A DNA stretch of 64,000 nt from an uncultured Alphaproteobacteria bacterium (GTDB lineage: Bacteria > Pseudomonadota > Alphaproteobacteria > Rhizobiales > Xanthobacteraceae), in NCBI GenBank assembly GCA_963828645.1, contig CAWHFI010000002.1, forward strand, positions 9,064 through 73,063. Direction: 5' to 3'. Positions within the stretch are counted from its first letter, which is position 1, and each line of letters opens with the position of its first letter. This document shows, in pieces, positions 10,668-20,089 of the stretch. Made by a program: the position numbers and the translations under genes. The notes under the pieces were generated by a model, which saw nothing but the letters and a program-made list of their open reading frames with translations, was not told the DNA's origin and did not search any database.

Positions 10668-11645
10668 ATGACCGCTCCCGACCTTCCCGCCGAACTGAAA
10701 GCCGCTCTCGAAGCCCGGCTGCAAGGCCTGTCGCGCAACGACGCAGCAGAGCGTGCCGCGTCGATCTCGCGGACCTACCGCGACGGCGGCGGCTCCGGCG
10801 CGATCCGGACTGAAACCGACGCGCTGGCCTATGCGCTGGCGCGGATGCCCGCGACCTATGCCGCTGTCACTGCCAGCCTGAATGCGCTTCGCGAGATCAG
10901 GCCGGACTTTGTGCCTGCGAGCCTGCTCGACGTCGGCGCCGGGCCGGGAACGGCGAGCTGGGCCGCGGCCGAGGCGTTTTCGTCGCTGACGGATTTTACG
11001 CTGCTGGATGCTAACCCCGCCTTGCGCGAACTGGCGCTGAACCTGATGAGCAACAGCGCGCGCCTGCGCGACTTGAAATACCGGCAGGGCGAAGCCCGCG
11101 CCGCGCTGGCTGATGTAGATGCCGCCGACCTCGTGGTGGCGAGCTACATGATCGGCGAGATTGGGGATGCGGAACGCAAGGCGCTCGCTGAACTTCTATG
11201 GGCCAAAACCCGCGATACGCTCCTGGTCGTCGAACCCGGCACCCCCTCAGGCTACGCGCGAATCATCACGCTGCGGGCACACCTGATCGCGGCGGGCGCG
11301 CATGTCGCAGCCCCCTGCGCGCATGACGGCCCGTGCCCGCTCACCGCACCCGACTGGTGCCATTTCACCCAGCGCCTGCCCCGCTCAAGAGCGCATCGGC
11401 AGATCAAGGGCGCGGAGCTTCCATTCGAGGACGAAAAATTCGCCTATGTGGCACTGACCCGCGTTGCCGTCGCACGGCATCCGGCCCGCGTGCTGGCGCA
11501 GCCCGATGTCACCAAGGTCGAAGTGACGGCGAAATTGTGCACCCCGGATGGTCTCGTTATCGCCAGGCTGCCCCGCCGCGCCAAAGCCAGCTATGCGGCC
11601 GCCCGGCGCTGGCGATGGGGGGATGCGGTGATGGAGGAAGATTAG
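10668..11645 (+). CDS. Rsm22-family SAM-dependent methyltransferase
   Basis: AYALARMPATY, LDVGAGPGT, VEPGTP, APCAHDGPCPL...WCHFTQR, EDEKFAY. Confidence 0.88.
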   Translation: MTAPDLPAELKAALEARLQGLSRNDAAERAASISRTYRDGGGSGAIRTETDALAYALARMPATYAAVTASLNALREIRPDFVPASLLDVGAGPGTASWAAAEAFSSLTDFTLLDANPALRELALNLMSNSARLRDLKYRQGEARAALADVDAADLVVASYMIGEIGDAERKALAELLWAKTRDTLLVVEPGTPSGYARIITLRAHLIAAGAHVAAPCAHDGPCPLTAPDWCHFTQRLPRSRAHRQIKGAELPFEDEKFAYVALTRVAVARHPARVLAQPDVTKVEVTAKLCTPDGLVIARLPRRAKASYAAARRWRWGDAVMEED

Positions 11646-11649
11646 TCCG

Positions 11650-11775
11650 GTTTCGTGCCCCGGATGCTGCGCAGCGCGCAAGCGGTGCGCTGCTGATCCG
11701 GGGCCCATTTCGAGACTGGGTCCCGGCTCTGCGGTGCACCGTGAAGGACGCTGCACCGCGTCCGGGACACGAAAC
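11650..11775. repeat. Palindromic repeat, family E
   Basis: gtttcgtgccccggatgc...gcgtccgggacacgaaac terminal inverted repeats. Confidence 0.75.
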
Positions 11776-11901
11776 CACTATCCCCTTGAACTAATCCCGC
11801 CTTGCGCCCGACCAAGAGGATACCCAATTCGTGGCGGCCTGCCGCGTGGGTGCTTTTTGGTCTAGACTGCGCGCTTCATTTCTCATCGGGAGTTTTTTGC
11901 C

Positions 11902-12463
11902 ATGTCGTCCGGCTGGATCATCCTCGGCGTCCTCGTCGTTCTCGTGCTTTTCGCATTTGCGGCCTACAACCGCCTGGTCGCGCTCGGCCAGCGCGTCGGC
12001 CAGGCCTTTGCCGACATCGACGTACAACTCAAGCAGCGCCACGATCTGATCCCGAACCTGCTGGAGACCGTAAAGGGCTATGCGGCGCATGAGCGCGGCA
12101 CGCTCGACGATGTCGTCAAGGCCCGCAACGCCGCCATGTCGGCGCAGGGACCGGGACAGGTGGCTGCCGCCGAAGGGCCAGTTGAGCGGCGCGCTCGGCA
12201 AGCTGATCGCGCTGTCCGAGGCCTATCCCGACCTCAAGGCCAATGCCAACTTCCAGCAACTGGCCAGCGAACTGGCCGATCTCGAAAACAAGATCGCCGC
12301 CAGCCGCCGCTTCTTCAACAACGCGGTTCAGGAATACAACACCGGCATCCAGCAAATGCCGGCCGCCCTGTTCGCCGGCATGTTCGGCTTTACCCGCAAG
12401 GATTTCTTCGACCTCGGCGCCGACAGGACCGCGGTCGAGCAGGTGCCGACGGTGAAGTTCTGA
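11902..12463 (+). CDS. lemA: LemA family protein; +1 frameshift near 12176
   Basis: IDVQLKQRHDLIPNL...KGYAAHE in one frame, EAYPDLKANANF...RRFFNNAV in the next; junction gaagggccag. Confidence 0.92.
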
Positions 12464-12469
12464 TGTTCC

Positions 12470-12585
12470 GTCATTCCGGGGCGTCGCGCAGCGGCGAACC
12501 CGGAATCTCGAGATTCCGGGCTCGAGGCGGAGCCTGTCATCGGGCCGCGCTTCGCGCGGACCCGGTGGCATCGCCCCGGAATGAC
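12470..12585. repeat. Family B repeat carrying an inserted ~40-bp module (12529-12569)
   Basis: gtcattccggg...ccggaatctcgagattccggg...ccccggaatgac. Confidence 0.88.
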
Positions 12586-12608
12586 AACGTTTAGCAGAGC
12601 AGCGCATC

Positions 12609-13796
12609 ATGGCCGCCTACGGTCTCTACACGCATATCGCATCGAACAAGTTTCGTTCGATGCTGCTGCTTGCGGGGCTGTTCGTCCTGATCTATGTGAT
12701 GGTCTATGCCGGCGCGCTGATCGCCGAAGTGCTGATCAACAGCGGCGAGCCGGTCGACTATTACCTGATGGCGGCGGCGCGCGACCTGATCCAGGCATTT
12801 CCCTATGCGACGGGAGCCGCCGCGCTGTGGATCGTGATCGCCTATTTCTTCCATCAAAACATGGTCGACGCCATCACCGGCGGCGAGGACGTGACGCGGC
12901 AGCAGCAGCCCCGGCTCTATAATCTGCTGGAAAATCTCTGCATCTCGCGCGGCATTCCGATGCCGAAGCTGAAGGTCATCGACAGCGACGCGCTCAACGC
13001 GTACGCGACCGGGCTCAATCAGCGGCAATATGCCATCACCGTCACGTCAGGCTTGCTGAAGCAACTCAACGATCAGGAAGTCGAATCGGTGTTGGGGCAT
13101 GAACTCACCCACATCCGCAACGGCGACGTGCAGATGATGGTGATCGCGGTGATCATCGCCGGCGTGGTCGGCTTCTTCTCCGAATTATTCTTCCGGATGT
13201 TCTTCAACAACGGCTTTGGCTATGGCGGAGGCTGGCGATCGTCGCGATCGTCGTCGTCCTCCGACAGCGACAGCAAGGGTTCCGGCGGTGGCGCGATCGT
13301 CATCATCATTCTGGCGGTGGCGCTGATCGCGCTGGCCTGGTTGCTGTCGCAGGTCGTCCGGCTGGCATTGTCGCGGTCGCGCGAACTGCTTGCCGACGCC
13401 GGATCGGTCGAACTGACCAAGAACCCCGACGCCATGATCTCGGCGCTGCGCAAGATCGAGAATCGCGGCGAGCTGCCCGGCGCCACCTCGGCAGTGATGG
13501 AATTGTGCCTCGACAATCCACGCGAGGGTTTTTCCGATCTGTTCGCGACCCATCCTTCGGTAGATTCGCGGGTGCAGGCGCTGGTCAGGTTCGCCGGCGG
13601 ACACGATCCCGGGCGGCTCGCTTTGCCGTCGGATACCGATGGGCCGGACGACGCTCCGCAGCCGGCCAGCGGCCCGGTTCCGCCGCCACTGCCGGCGGGT
13701 CCGTGGAGCGATTCGAGGGAACCTGCCGGCGCGGCGCCGAGCGCGCCGCAGGGGCCTTGGGGCAGCCACACCGGCCCATGGGGCAAATCGACCTGA
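12609..13796 (+). CDS. htpX: HtpX-like M48 zinc metalloprotease
   Basis: NAYATG, HELTH, SRSRELLADAGS, THPS; downstream of lemA; Pro/Gly-rich tail. Confidence 0.9.
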   Translation: MAAYGLYTHIASNKFRSMLLLAGLFVLIYVMVYAGALIAEVLINSGEPVDYYLMAAARDLIQAFPYATGAAALWIVIAYFFHQNMVDAITGGEDVTRQQQPRLYNLLENLCISRGIPMPKLKVIDSDALNAYATGLNQRQYAITVTSGLLKQLNDQEVESVLGHELTHIRNGDVQMMVIAVIIAGVVGFFSELFFRMFFNNGFGYGGGWRSSRSSSSSDSDSKGSGGGAIVIIILAVALIALAWLLSQVVRLALSRSRELLADAGSVELTKNPDAMISALRKIENRGELPGATSAVMELCLDNPREGFSDLFATHPSVDSRVQALVRFAGGHDPGRLALPSDTDGPDDAPQPASGPVPPPLPAGPWSDSREPAGAAPSAPQGPWGSHTGPWGKST

Positions 13797-13856
13797 CATT
13801 CGCCCCGTCGTCATCCCCGCAAACCGTCCGCGTTAACGACATCGGCACGATTAACC

Positions 13857-13871
13857 TTAACCGCAGTCTAA
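13857..13871. promoter_or_regulatory. Possible CtrA box
   Basis: TTAA-ccgcagt-CTAA (one mismatch to TTAA-N7-TTAA), with extra TTAAC half-sites at 13833 and 13851. Confidence 0.4.
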
Positions 13872-13992
13872 TGCATTGAATTCTCCCTTGTTTCTGCCAT
13901 GTTCGCGCCCAAAGCAGGCAGTGGGACACTCCGATCATATTCGACATCGCTTCCGGCGATCGGGGTAGACCCTTGCGCGTTAAGGGATTTTC

Positions 13993-14751
13993 ATGGCTAA
14001 GCCAGCGGTCATTGTCATAGGTGCGGATAAGGGCGGGGTCGGCAAGACCACGGTCTCGCGCACCGTGCTCGATTATTTCAGCGCCAACAACGTGCCCGCC
14101 CGCGCCTTCGACACCGAGTCGCCGCGCGGCACGCTCAAACGCTTCCACCCCGACATCACCGAGATCGTCGACATGACGACCACCTCGGACCAGATGAAGA
14201 TCTTCGATACGCTCAATTCGAATGTGCCTTCGGTCACCGTGATCGACGTCCGCGCCGGCCTGTTGTCGCCGGCGCTGGCCTCGTTGCGCGACATCGGCTT
14301 TCTCGACGCCGCCCGGCAGGGCCAGATCACCTTTGCCGTGTTCCACATCCTCGGTCCCTCGATCGCATCGCTGGACGAAATCGCGGAGACCGCGAACTTC
14401 ATGCAGGGCGCGAAATATTTCCTGGTGAAGAACTTCATCAACAACACCAGCTTCTTCGAATGGGACCAGGCGACCTACAATTCCTATTTCCGCCGCATCA
14501 AGGACGCCACCGAGATCACCATCCCGAAACTCAACGAAATGGCCTATGAGCAGGTCGAGGTGGCCTCGGTGCCGTTCCTCAAATTCGTCGCCAACCGGGG
14601 CGTGCACGACGAGACCGCGAACTATTCGTTCGTGCTGCGCGGCTATGTCCGGCACTGGCTGGCCAATGTCTGGGCCGAATTCGACCGCATCAAGCTGACC
14701 GACCTGGTCGGCTCCAGCAAACCCGAGGGCCGCTCGTCAGGCGAAAAATAG
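13993..14751 (+). CDS. MinD/ParA-like P-loop NTPase, function unknown
   Basis: Deviant Walker A DKGGVGKTT, AFDTE, VTVIDVRAG. Confidence 0.8.
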   Translation: MAKPAVIVIGADKGGVGKTTVSRTVLDYFSANNVPARAFDTESPRGTLKRFHPDITEIVDMTTTSDQMKIFDTLNSNVPSVTVIDVRAGLLSPALASLRDIGFLDAARQGQITFAVFHILGPSIASLDEIAETANFMQGAKYFLVKNFINNTSFFEWDQATYNSYFRRIKDATEITIPKLNEMAYEQVEVASVPFLKFVANRGVHDETANYSFVLRGYVRHWLANVWAEFDRIKLTDLVGSSKPEGRSSGEK

Positions 14752-14811
14752 TCGCCCTTCGAAGGCTATTGGGCTGGAACGGGCGCGAAAATTCGCTTGA
14801 TATAGCAGGCG

Positions 14812-15480
14812 ATGGCCCAAACGCTTGTCTATATCGTCTGCTCGCCCCGCCCGCTCGTCGGCAAGACGCTGGTGGCGCGGCTGCTGAGCGAGTTCCTGCT
14901 GCTCAAGCACCGCGAGGTCGCCTCCTTCGATATCAATCTGAAAGAGCCGTCGCTGCTCGAATATCTGCCTGCCATCACCGAGACCGCCGGGGTCGACGAC
15001 ACCTACGGCCAAATGGCGCTGATGGACCGCCTGATCGTCAATGACGGCGTCGCCAAGGTGATCGATCTCGGTTTTCACGCCTTCGACACGTTCTTCAAGA
15101 TGTCCGAGGAAATCGGCTTCATGAAGGAGGCGGCGCGGCGCGGCGTCGTGCCCGTCGTCCTGTTCGTCGTCGATACCGACCGCGGCTCGGAACGCAGCTT
15201 CGCCATGCTGCAGCAGCAGATCCCGGCAACCGCCCTCGTCGCCATCAACAATGAATATGTGATGCGTGGCGAGTTGCCGTCAGCATTCGCGCGCGGCCGC
15301 ATGCTTCATATCAGGGCCTTGCCGCCGTTCCTGAAGGTCTATGTCGAGCGGCTGACCTTCTCGTTCACCGACTACCTGCGCAACGAGAAGGACACCTCGA
15401 CCGAACTGCATCAATGGGTCCGCAACAATTATATCAGCTTTCGCGATCTGGAGCTGAATTTGATGTTGCAGAAGTCGTAG
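14812..15480 (+). CDS. Divergent paralogous P-loop protein, function unknown
   Basis: SPRPLVGKTLVARLL, SFDIN, GQMALMDRL, KVIDLG align with the upstream gene. Confidence 0.75.
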   Translation: MAQTLVYIVCSPRPLVGKTLVARLLSEFLLLKHREVASFDINLKEPSLLEYLPAITETAGVDDTYGQMALMDRLIVNDGVAKVIDLGFHAFDTFFKMSEEIGFMKEAARRGVVPVVLFVVDTDRGSERSFAMLQQQIPATALVAINNEYVMRGELPSAFARGRMLHIRALPPFLKVYVERLTFSFTDYLRNEKDTSTELHQWVRNNYISFRDLELNLMLQKS

Positions 15481-15483
15481 GAT

Positions 15484-15611
15484 GTCGTCCCGGCCAAGCG
15501 AAGCGCGAGCCGGGACCCATACGCCGTGCCCTCTCGTTCAACCGCGGTGTTGGAGACCTTCAACTACAACAGGTGACCGGGATTATGGGTCCCGGCGTTC
15601 GCCGGGACGAC
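15484..15611. repeat. CGTC-type palindromic repeat, family D
   Basis: gtcgtcccggc...gccgggaccc...gggtcccggcgttcgccgggacgac; second copy at 21103. Confidence 0.85.
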
Positions 15612-15636
15612 GTGTGGTGGGATCGCGCATAAAACC

Positions 15637-16182
15637 TTAATGCCCCTCGAACGACATCAGCGTTCGCACCGGCACGTTCATCGCCCGTAATTTTGCCGCA
15701 CCGCCCAGTTCCGGCAAATCGATGATGAAACAGGCCGCCACCACGTCGGCGCCGATCTGGCGCAGCAGCTTCACGGCGCCTTCCGCGGTGCCGCCCGTGG
15801 CTATCAGATCGTCCACCAGGATCACGCGCTCGCCGGGACGAATGGCATCGGCGTGCATTTCCATCTCGTCGAGACCGTATTCCAGGGAGTAGGCGATGCG
15901 CACGGTGGTATGCGGCAGCTTGCCCTTCTTGCGGATCGGCACGAAGCCGGCGGACACCTGATGCGCCACCGCGCCGCCGATGATGAAGCCCCGCGCCTCC
16001 ATGCCGACGACCTTGTCGATCTTGCTGCCGGCCCAGGGCTGCACCAGCTCATCGACCGCGCGGCGAAACGACCGCGCGTCGCCGAGCAGCGTGGTGATGT
16101 CGCGAAACAGGATTCCCGGCTTCGGATAGTCGGGAATGGTGCGGACGGCGGCTTTCAGGTCATGTTCGAGTTCAGGGTTCAT
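15637..16182 (-). CDS. apt: Adenine phosphoribosyltransferase
   Basis: [40 protein letters not shown]. Confidence 0.97.
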   Translation of the reverse strand: MNPELEHDLKAAVRTIPDYPKPGILFRDITTLLGDARSFRRAVDELVQPWAGSKIDKVVGMEARGFIIGGAVAHQVSAGFVPIRKKGKLPHTTVRIAYSLEYGLDEMEMHADAIRPGERVILVDDLIATGGTAEGAVKLLRQIGADVVAACFIIDLPELGGAAKLRAMNVPVRTLMSFEGH

Positions 16183-16199
16183 CGATATTTCTTTCGGTG

Positions 16200-16280
16200 G
16201 TCATTCCGGGGCGATGCGAAGCATCGAACCCGGAATCTCGAGATTCCGGGTCTGGTGCTAACGCACCATCCCGGAATGAC
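16200..16280. repeat. Family B repeat
   Basis: gtcattccgggg...ccggaatctcgagattccggg...cccggaatgac. Confidence 0.9.
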
Positions 16281-16290
16281 GAAGTTGCAT

Positions 16291-18456
16291 TCAATTCGCC
16301 GGCAAGCCAAGCCGAAATGCGTTCTCTACAATGCGCAGGCCGACTTCGCCGCCGAGCGACATCAGCGATTCCGGGTGGAACTGGACACCGCCGACCGGCA
16401 AGCTCTTGTGCTCGATCGCCATCGCCACGCCGTCCTCGGTGCTGGCGGTCACATCCAGCACCTCGGGCATACTGTCACGCTCGACGTAAAGCGAATGATA
16501 ACGGCCGATCACGATTTCATCGGGCAGGTTCTGCATCAGCCGGCCGCCGCGGACCTGGACCCGCGAGGGCCGCCCATGGGCGGGCTGGCCGAGCTGGCCG
16601 AGCTGGCCGCCGAAATATTCGCCGATCGCCTGCACGCCGAGACAGACTCCGAAGATCGGCAGTTTTTTGCCGAGCGCCGCATCGATGGTTTTGGCGATGG
16701 CAAAATCCTCCGGCCGGCCCGGCCCCGGCGACAACACCAGCAGATCCCAGGTTTTCTGTTTCAGCATTTCCAGCGCATGGACATGACGGACCACCGTAAC
16801 GATGGCGCCGACCTGGCGGAAGTAGTCTGCCAGCATATGCACAAAACTGTCGTCATGATCGATCAGCAGCACCCGCTTGCCGGAGCCGGTGGCATCCGGC
16901 GCCAGCACCGACAGCGGCTTCGGCGGATCGCCGCGCAACGCCTGAAACAGCGCCGCGGCCTTGACCTGGCATTCGCGATCCTCGGCGGCGGGGTCGGAAT
17001 CGAACAGGCAGGTGGCGCCGACCCGCACCTCGGCAAGGCCGTCCTTCATCCGGATGGTGCGGATGGTCAGCCCGGTGTTGATGCTGCCGTCGAAATTCAC
17101 GGCACCGATGGCGCCGGCATACCAGCGCCGCGACGAACGCTCGTTGTCCTCGACGAATTGCATCGCCCATAATTTCGGCGCGCCGGTCACCGTCACCGCC
17201 CAGGCATGGGTCAGGAATGCGTCGAGTGCGTCGAAGCCGGGCCGCAGCATGCCTTCGACATGATCGACGGTATGAAACAGTTTCGAGTAGGTCTCGATCT
17301 GCCGCCGCGCCAGCACCTTGATCGTGCCGGGCACGCAGACCCGCGCCTTGTCGTTGCGGTCGACGTCGGTGCACATGTTGAGTTCGAATTCGTCCTTTTC
17401 CGAATTCAGCAATTGGCGAATCTGCTCGGCGTCGCCGATGGCATCGACGCCGCGCGCGATGGTGCCGGAAATCGGACAGGTCTCGACCCGCCGCCCGTCG
17501 GAGCGCACGAACATTTCCGGTGAAGCCGCCACCAGGAATTCGCCATCGCCGAGATTCATCAATGCACCATAAGGCGACGGATTGATCCGGCACAGCCGCT
17601 GGAACACTTCCGCCGGCGAGCGCTCGCAGGGTTCTGCGAACAACTGCCCCGGCACCGCTTCGAACAGATCGCCGCGGGCAAATGCCGCGCGGGCGGTCTC
17701 GACGGTGGCTTGGTATTCGCCGGGCGCGTGATCGGCAAATCCCTGCCGCGGAGTTTTGGCGTAGCCGCTTTCGGCGGTTTCGCGCGGCAGGCCCGCGGTC
17801 GACTTTCCGTTCCAGGCAAAATCATAGCTCAGCACCACGCCTCGCCCGGTGGCGCGGTCGTAAGCCAACAGGCAATCCGGAAAATAAAGCACGATGTCGC
17901 GCTGGTCGCTCTCGCGGGCGCGCTTCTGCACGAGATCCTCGATCTGAAATACGAGGTCATAGGCAAAGGCACCGAACAGTCCGAGCAGCGGATCGTCATT
18001 CGCGCCGAGCACCGCGACGAGATCGCGCACCAGCGACATCACGCTGGCCCGCCTTGTGCGCTGATCCTCATCGACCGGCGCCGCGCCGCGCACGATATGG
18101 CCGGCAAGCCGCGTTGCGCTTTTCCCGGATATCACGACGCAGGGTTCGCTGAGCCTGTCGCCGAGGAACGCGATCAGCACCTCGCCGCGCGCGTTGAGCG
18201 CCTGCAGGGAAAAAACGGCTCCTGTGGTTTCCAGCCGCAGCGGCGGATCGGAGAAGCCGAGATCGAAACTTTCGTAGCGGCCGGGCACCGTGGTGCCTGA
18301 CGACAGCACCACGCCGCGGCGGCGATCGAGCAGTTCGATCAGGTCATCGAGCCGGCTGGCGCCGCCGGTGAATTGCTCGACCGATCGCGACACCACAAGG
18401 CCGCCACGGGTGCGATATTCGCTGTGGGCCGGCAGGGAGAACGCTGTCCTGTTCAT
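16291..18456 (-). CDS. trpE: Anthranilate synthase, fused components I and II (TrpE(G))
   Basis: NPSPY, ASPEMF, PISGT, VTGAPK, then IDHDDSF, SPGPG, GVCLG, GRYHSL, VQFHPES. Confidence 0.96.
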   Translation of the reverse strand: MNRTAFSLPAHSEYRTRGGLVVSRSVEQFTGGASRLDDLIELLDRRRGVVLSSGTTVPGRYESFDLGFSDPPLRLETTGAVFSLQALNARGEVLIAFLGDRLSEPCVVISGKSATRLAGHIVRGAAPVDEDQRTRRASVMSLVRDLVAVLGANDDPLLGLFGAFAYDLVFQIEDLVQKRARESDQRDIVLYFPDCLLAYDRATGRGVVLSYDFAWNGKSTAGLPRETAESGYAKTPRQGFADHAPGEYQATVETARAAFARGDLFEAVPGQLFAEPCERSPAEVFQRLCRINPSPYGALMNLGDGEFLVAASPEMFVRSDGRRVETCPISGTIARGVDAIGDAEQIRQLLNSEKDEFELNMCTDVDRNDKARVCVPGTIKVLARRQIETYSKLFHTVDHVEGMLRPGFDALDAFLTHAWAVTVTGAPKLWAMQFVEDNERSSRRWYAGAIGAVNFDGSINTGLTIRTIRMKDGLAEVRVGATCLFDSDPAAEDRECQVKAAALFQALRGDPPKPLSVLAPDATGSGKRVLLIDHDDSFVHMLADYFRQVGAIVTVVRHVHALEMLKQKTWDLLVLSPGPGRPEDFAIAKTIDAALGKKLPIFGVCLGVQAIGEYFGGQLGQLGQPAHGRPSRVQVRGGRLMQNLPDEIVIGRYHSLYVERDSMPEVLDVTASTEDGVAMAIEHKSLPVGGVQFHPESLMSLGGEVGLRIVENAFRLGLPAN

Positions 18457-18497
18457 GTGATCCTCTTAGGAAACTTGCGGAGGGAACGCCACACAGG

Positions 18498-18532
18498 ACA
18501 AACGAAACGGCCGTCGCGCTGCGATGACGGCC
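18498..18532 (-). terminator. trp attenuator terminator
   Basis: Minus strand GGCCGTC-atcgcagcgc-GACGGCC followed by GTTTCGTTTGT, between trpL and trpE(G). Confidence 0.8.
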
Positions 18533-18571
18533 TCCAACGATTGCAGAAAATGAAATCGCACCGGCCACCTC

Positions 18572-18619
18572 TCAGGAGGTGCGCCACCAAAGACGGGATG
18601 GGCGGACGACGGTGTTCAT
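18572..18619 (-). CDS. trpL: trp leader peptide MNTVVRPSRLWWRTS
   Basis: 15-codon ORF with tandem TGG TGG directly upstream of a terminator hairpin and trpE(G); TTGACG -35-like element at 18655-18650. Confidence 0.9.
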   Translation of the reverse strand: MNTVVRPSRLWWRTS

Positions 18620-18700
18620 GGGCGGGTAGACACCATGGCAAGATTGATCCGTCAAGGGACGCGACGCTCCCGAAGCATCGTTCCCTCCCCCCTTGTGGGG

Positions 18701-19899
18701 CAGGGCTATCGCATATGACCTATTATACTCATCAGGAAGGCGTCGTCCCAGCCGGCGCGCTTGATTCTGCGGCGCATCGATTTGTCGTCTGGATGGGCGC
18801 GCAGAATATTGAGGGCGAGGCGCCGCAATGTGCCGAGATTTTCTGGCGCATGGTCTTTCCGTGCCCGGTTGCGATCCTCGTTCATGACGACATCGAGTAC
18901 CCAGTGCAGCTTATTCTCTATCCCCCAGTGCGAGCGCACGATGGTCAGCAGCCGTTTGGCGGCGACATACTTCGAGAGCAGGAAGTAACGCACCGATTGC
19001 GGTTCGGCGGGCTTGTCATGGCTACGCCGGCGCGAGGTGATGCGTCCCAGTGCCTTGACACCAGGGAACTCATCCTCGGCGCCGAAGCCAGCAGCCCGCA
19101 CCACCGTGGCACGGCGCACCTCGCGCCTGTCGTGGGTGGAAGGCTCGATCTGTTCGGCGATGCTGCGCTCGCCACCGCGGGCAAAGCGCCGGGCCGCTGC
19201 GGCGAACAGCTTGCTTTGATTGTTCTTGAGCGCCAGGACGTAATCGCCGCGGCGGTCGAGCACCATGGCGGCGAAACCGCGGTGGCAATGCAGTGCATCG
19301 GCGGTCACAATGCAACCTTCGAGGTCGAGCATGGCCAGTGCTTCGAGGGCGCCAGCGCTCTCGTTGCGCCCTGCAGCCTTACGATGCGCCAGACACATCC
19401 GCGCCTCGACCGCCCAGACATTGACCATGTGCAACGGCGTGCTTCGCCGACCGCGCTCAAAGGCCCCGCGCAGTGCTTTGCCGTCGACCGCCACCACGCC
19501 TGTCAGGGTCATCTTGTTGGCCTTGGCGAACACCGAGATGAAACGGCGGAATGCCTTCTCGAAGGCTTCCGGCTTGAGCAGGCGGAACACCCGACTGAAA
19601 GTATCATGGCTCGGGATACCGTGCTCAAGCCGCAAAAATACCCGCAGAAAGCCTTCCTTGCTCTGGCCGAACTCGGCCATCTCCGCGCAACTGTCTGCGC
19701 CGCACAGTGTTGCGGTCAAAGCAATGAACAAAACTTCGAACAGATCATGCCGCGCGTTGCCCGCCCGCGGATCAGGCAACCCTCGGAAAACTCTCTTGAA
19801 AGCCTTCATCCGATATCTCCCAATGCTCAGGAGATATCTTCAAAATCCAAATCGCCCAGCCGTGCAATATGCGGTAAAAATCCATATGCGATTCCCCTG
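18701..19899 (-). mobile_element. ISAs1-family insertion sequence, 1199 bp
   Basis: Terminal IRs CAGGGCTATCGCATATG / CAGGGGAATCGCATATG; 10-bp direct repeat CCTTGTGGGG at 18691-18700 and 19900-19909. Confidence 0.95.
18706..19809 (-). CDS. ISAs1-family DDE transposase
   Basis: HGIPSHDTFSRVF, VAVDGKALRG, IVTADALHC, YVLALKNNQ, RSHWGIENKLHWVLDV. Confidence 0.96.
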   Translation of the reverse strand: MKAFKRVFRGLPDPRAGNARHDLFEVLFIALTATLCGADSCAEMAEFGQSKEGFLRVFLRLEHGIPSHDTFSRVFRLLKPEAFEKAFRRFISVFAKANKMTLTGVVAVDGKALRGAFERGRRSTPLHMVNVWAVEARMCLAHRKAAGRNESAGALEALAMLDLEGCIVTADALHCHRGFAAMVLDRRGDYVLALKNNQSKLFAAAARRFARGGERSIAEQIEPSTHDRREVRRATVVRAAGFGAEDEFPGVKALGRITSRRRSHDKPAEPQSVRYFLLSKYVAAKRLLTIVRSHWGIENKLHWVLDVVMNEDRNRARKDHAPENLGTLRRLALNILRAHPDDKSMRRRIKRAGWDDAFLMSIIGHMR

Positions 19900-19993
19900 C
19901 CTTGTGGGGGAGGGTCAGGGAGAGGGGTGAGCCACAAGCACCGAATTCGCAGCCACCCCCCTCTCCATCTCTCTCCCACAAGGGGGGAGAGAG
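19900..19993. repeat. Right part of a family C repeat interrupted by the IS (left part 18682-18700)
   Basis: Removing the IS and one duplication copy restores tccctccccccttgtgggggagggtcagggagagggg...ctctcccacaaggggggagag. Confidence 0.85.
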
Positions 19994-20089
19994 CACAGTT
20001 TGCCTGCCGATGGACCGCGGATAACGCCGCTCGCCCAATTCAGAAAATTTGCGTAAGATTCAAGAAGAACATCTCATCGGAGGCGCGCG

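Noticed and set aside
16291-18456. TrpE-TrpG fusion as a novelty
   Set aside because: Standard in rhizobia
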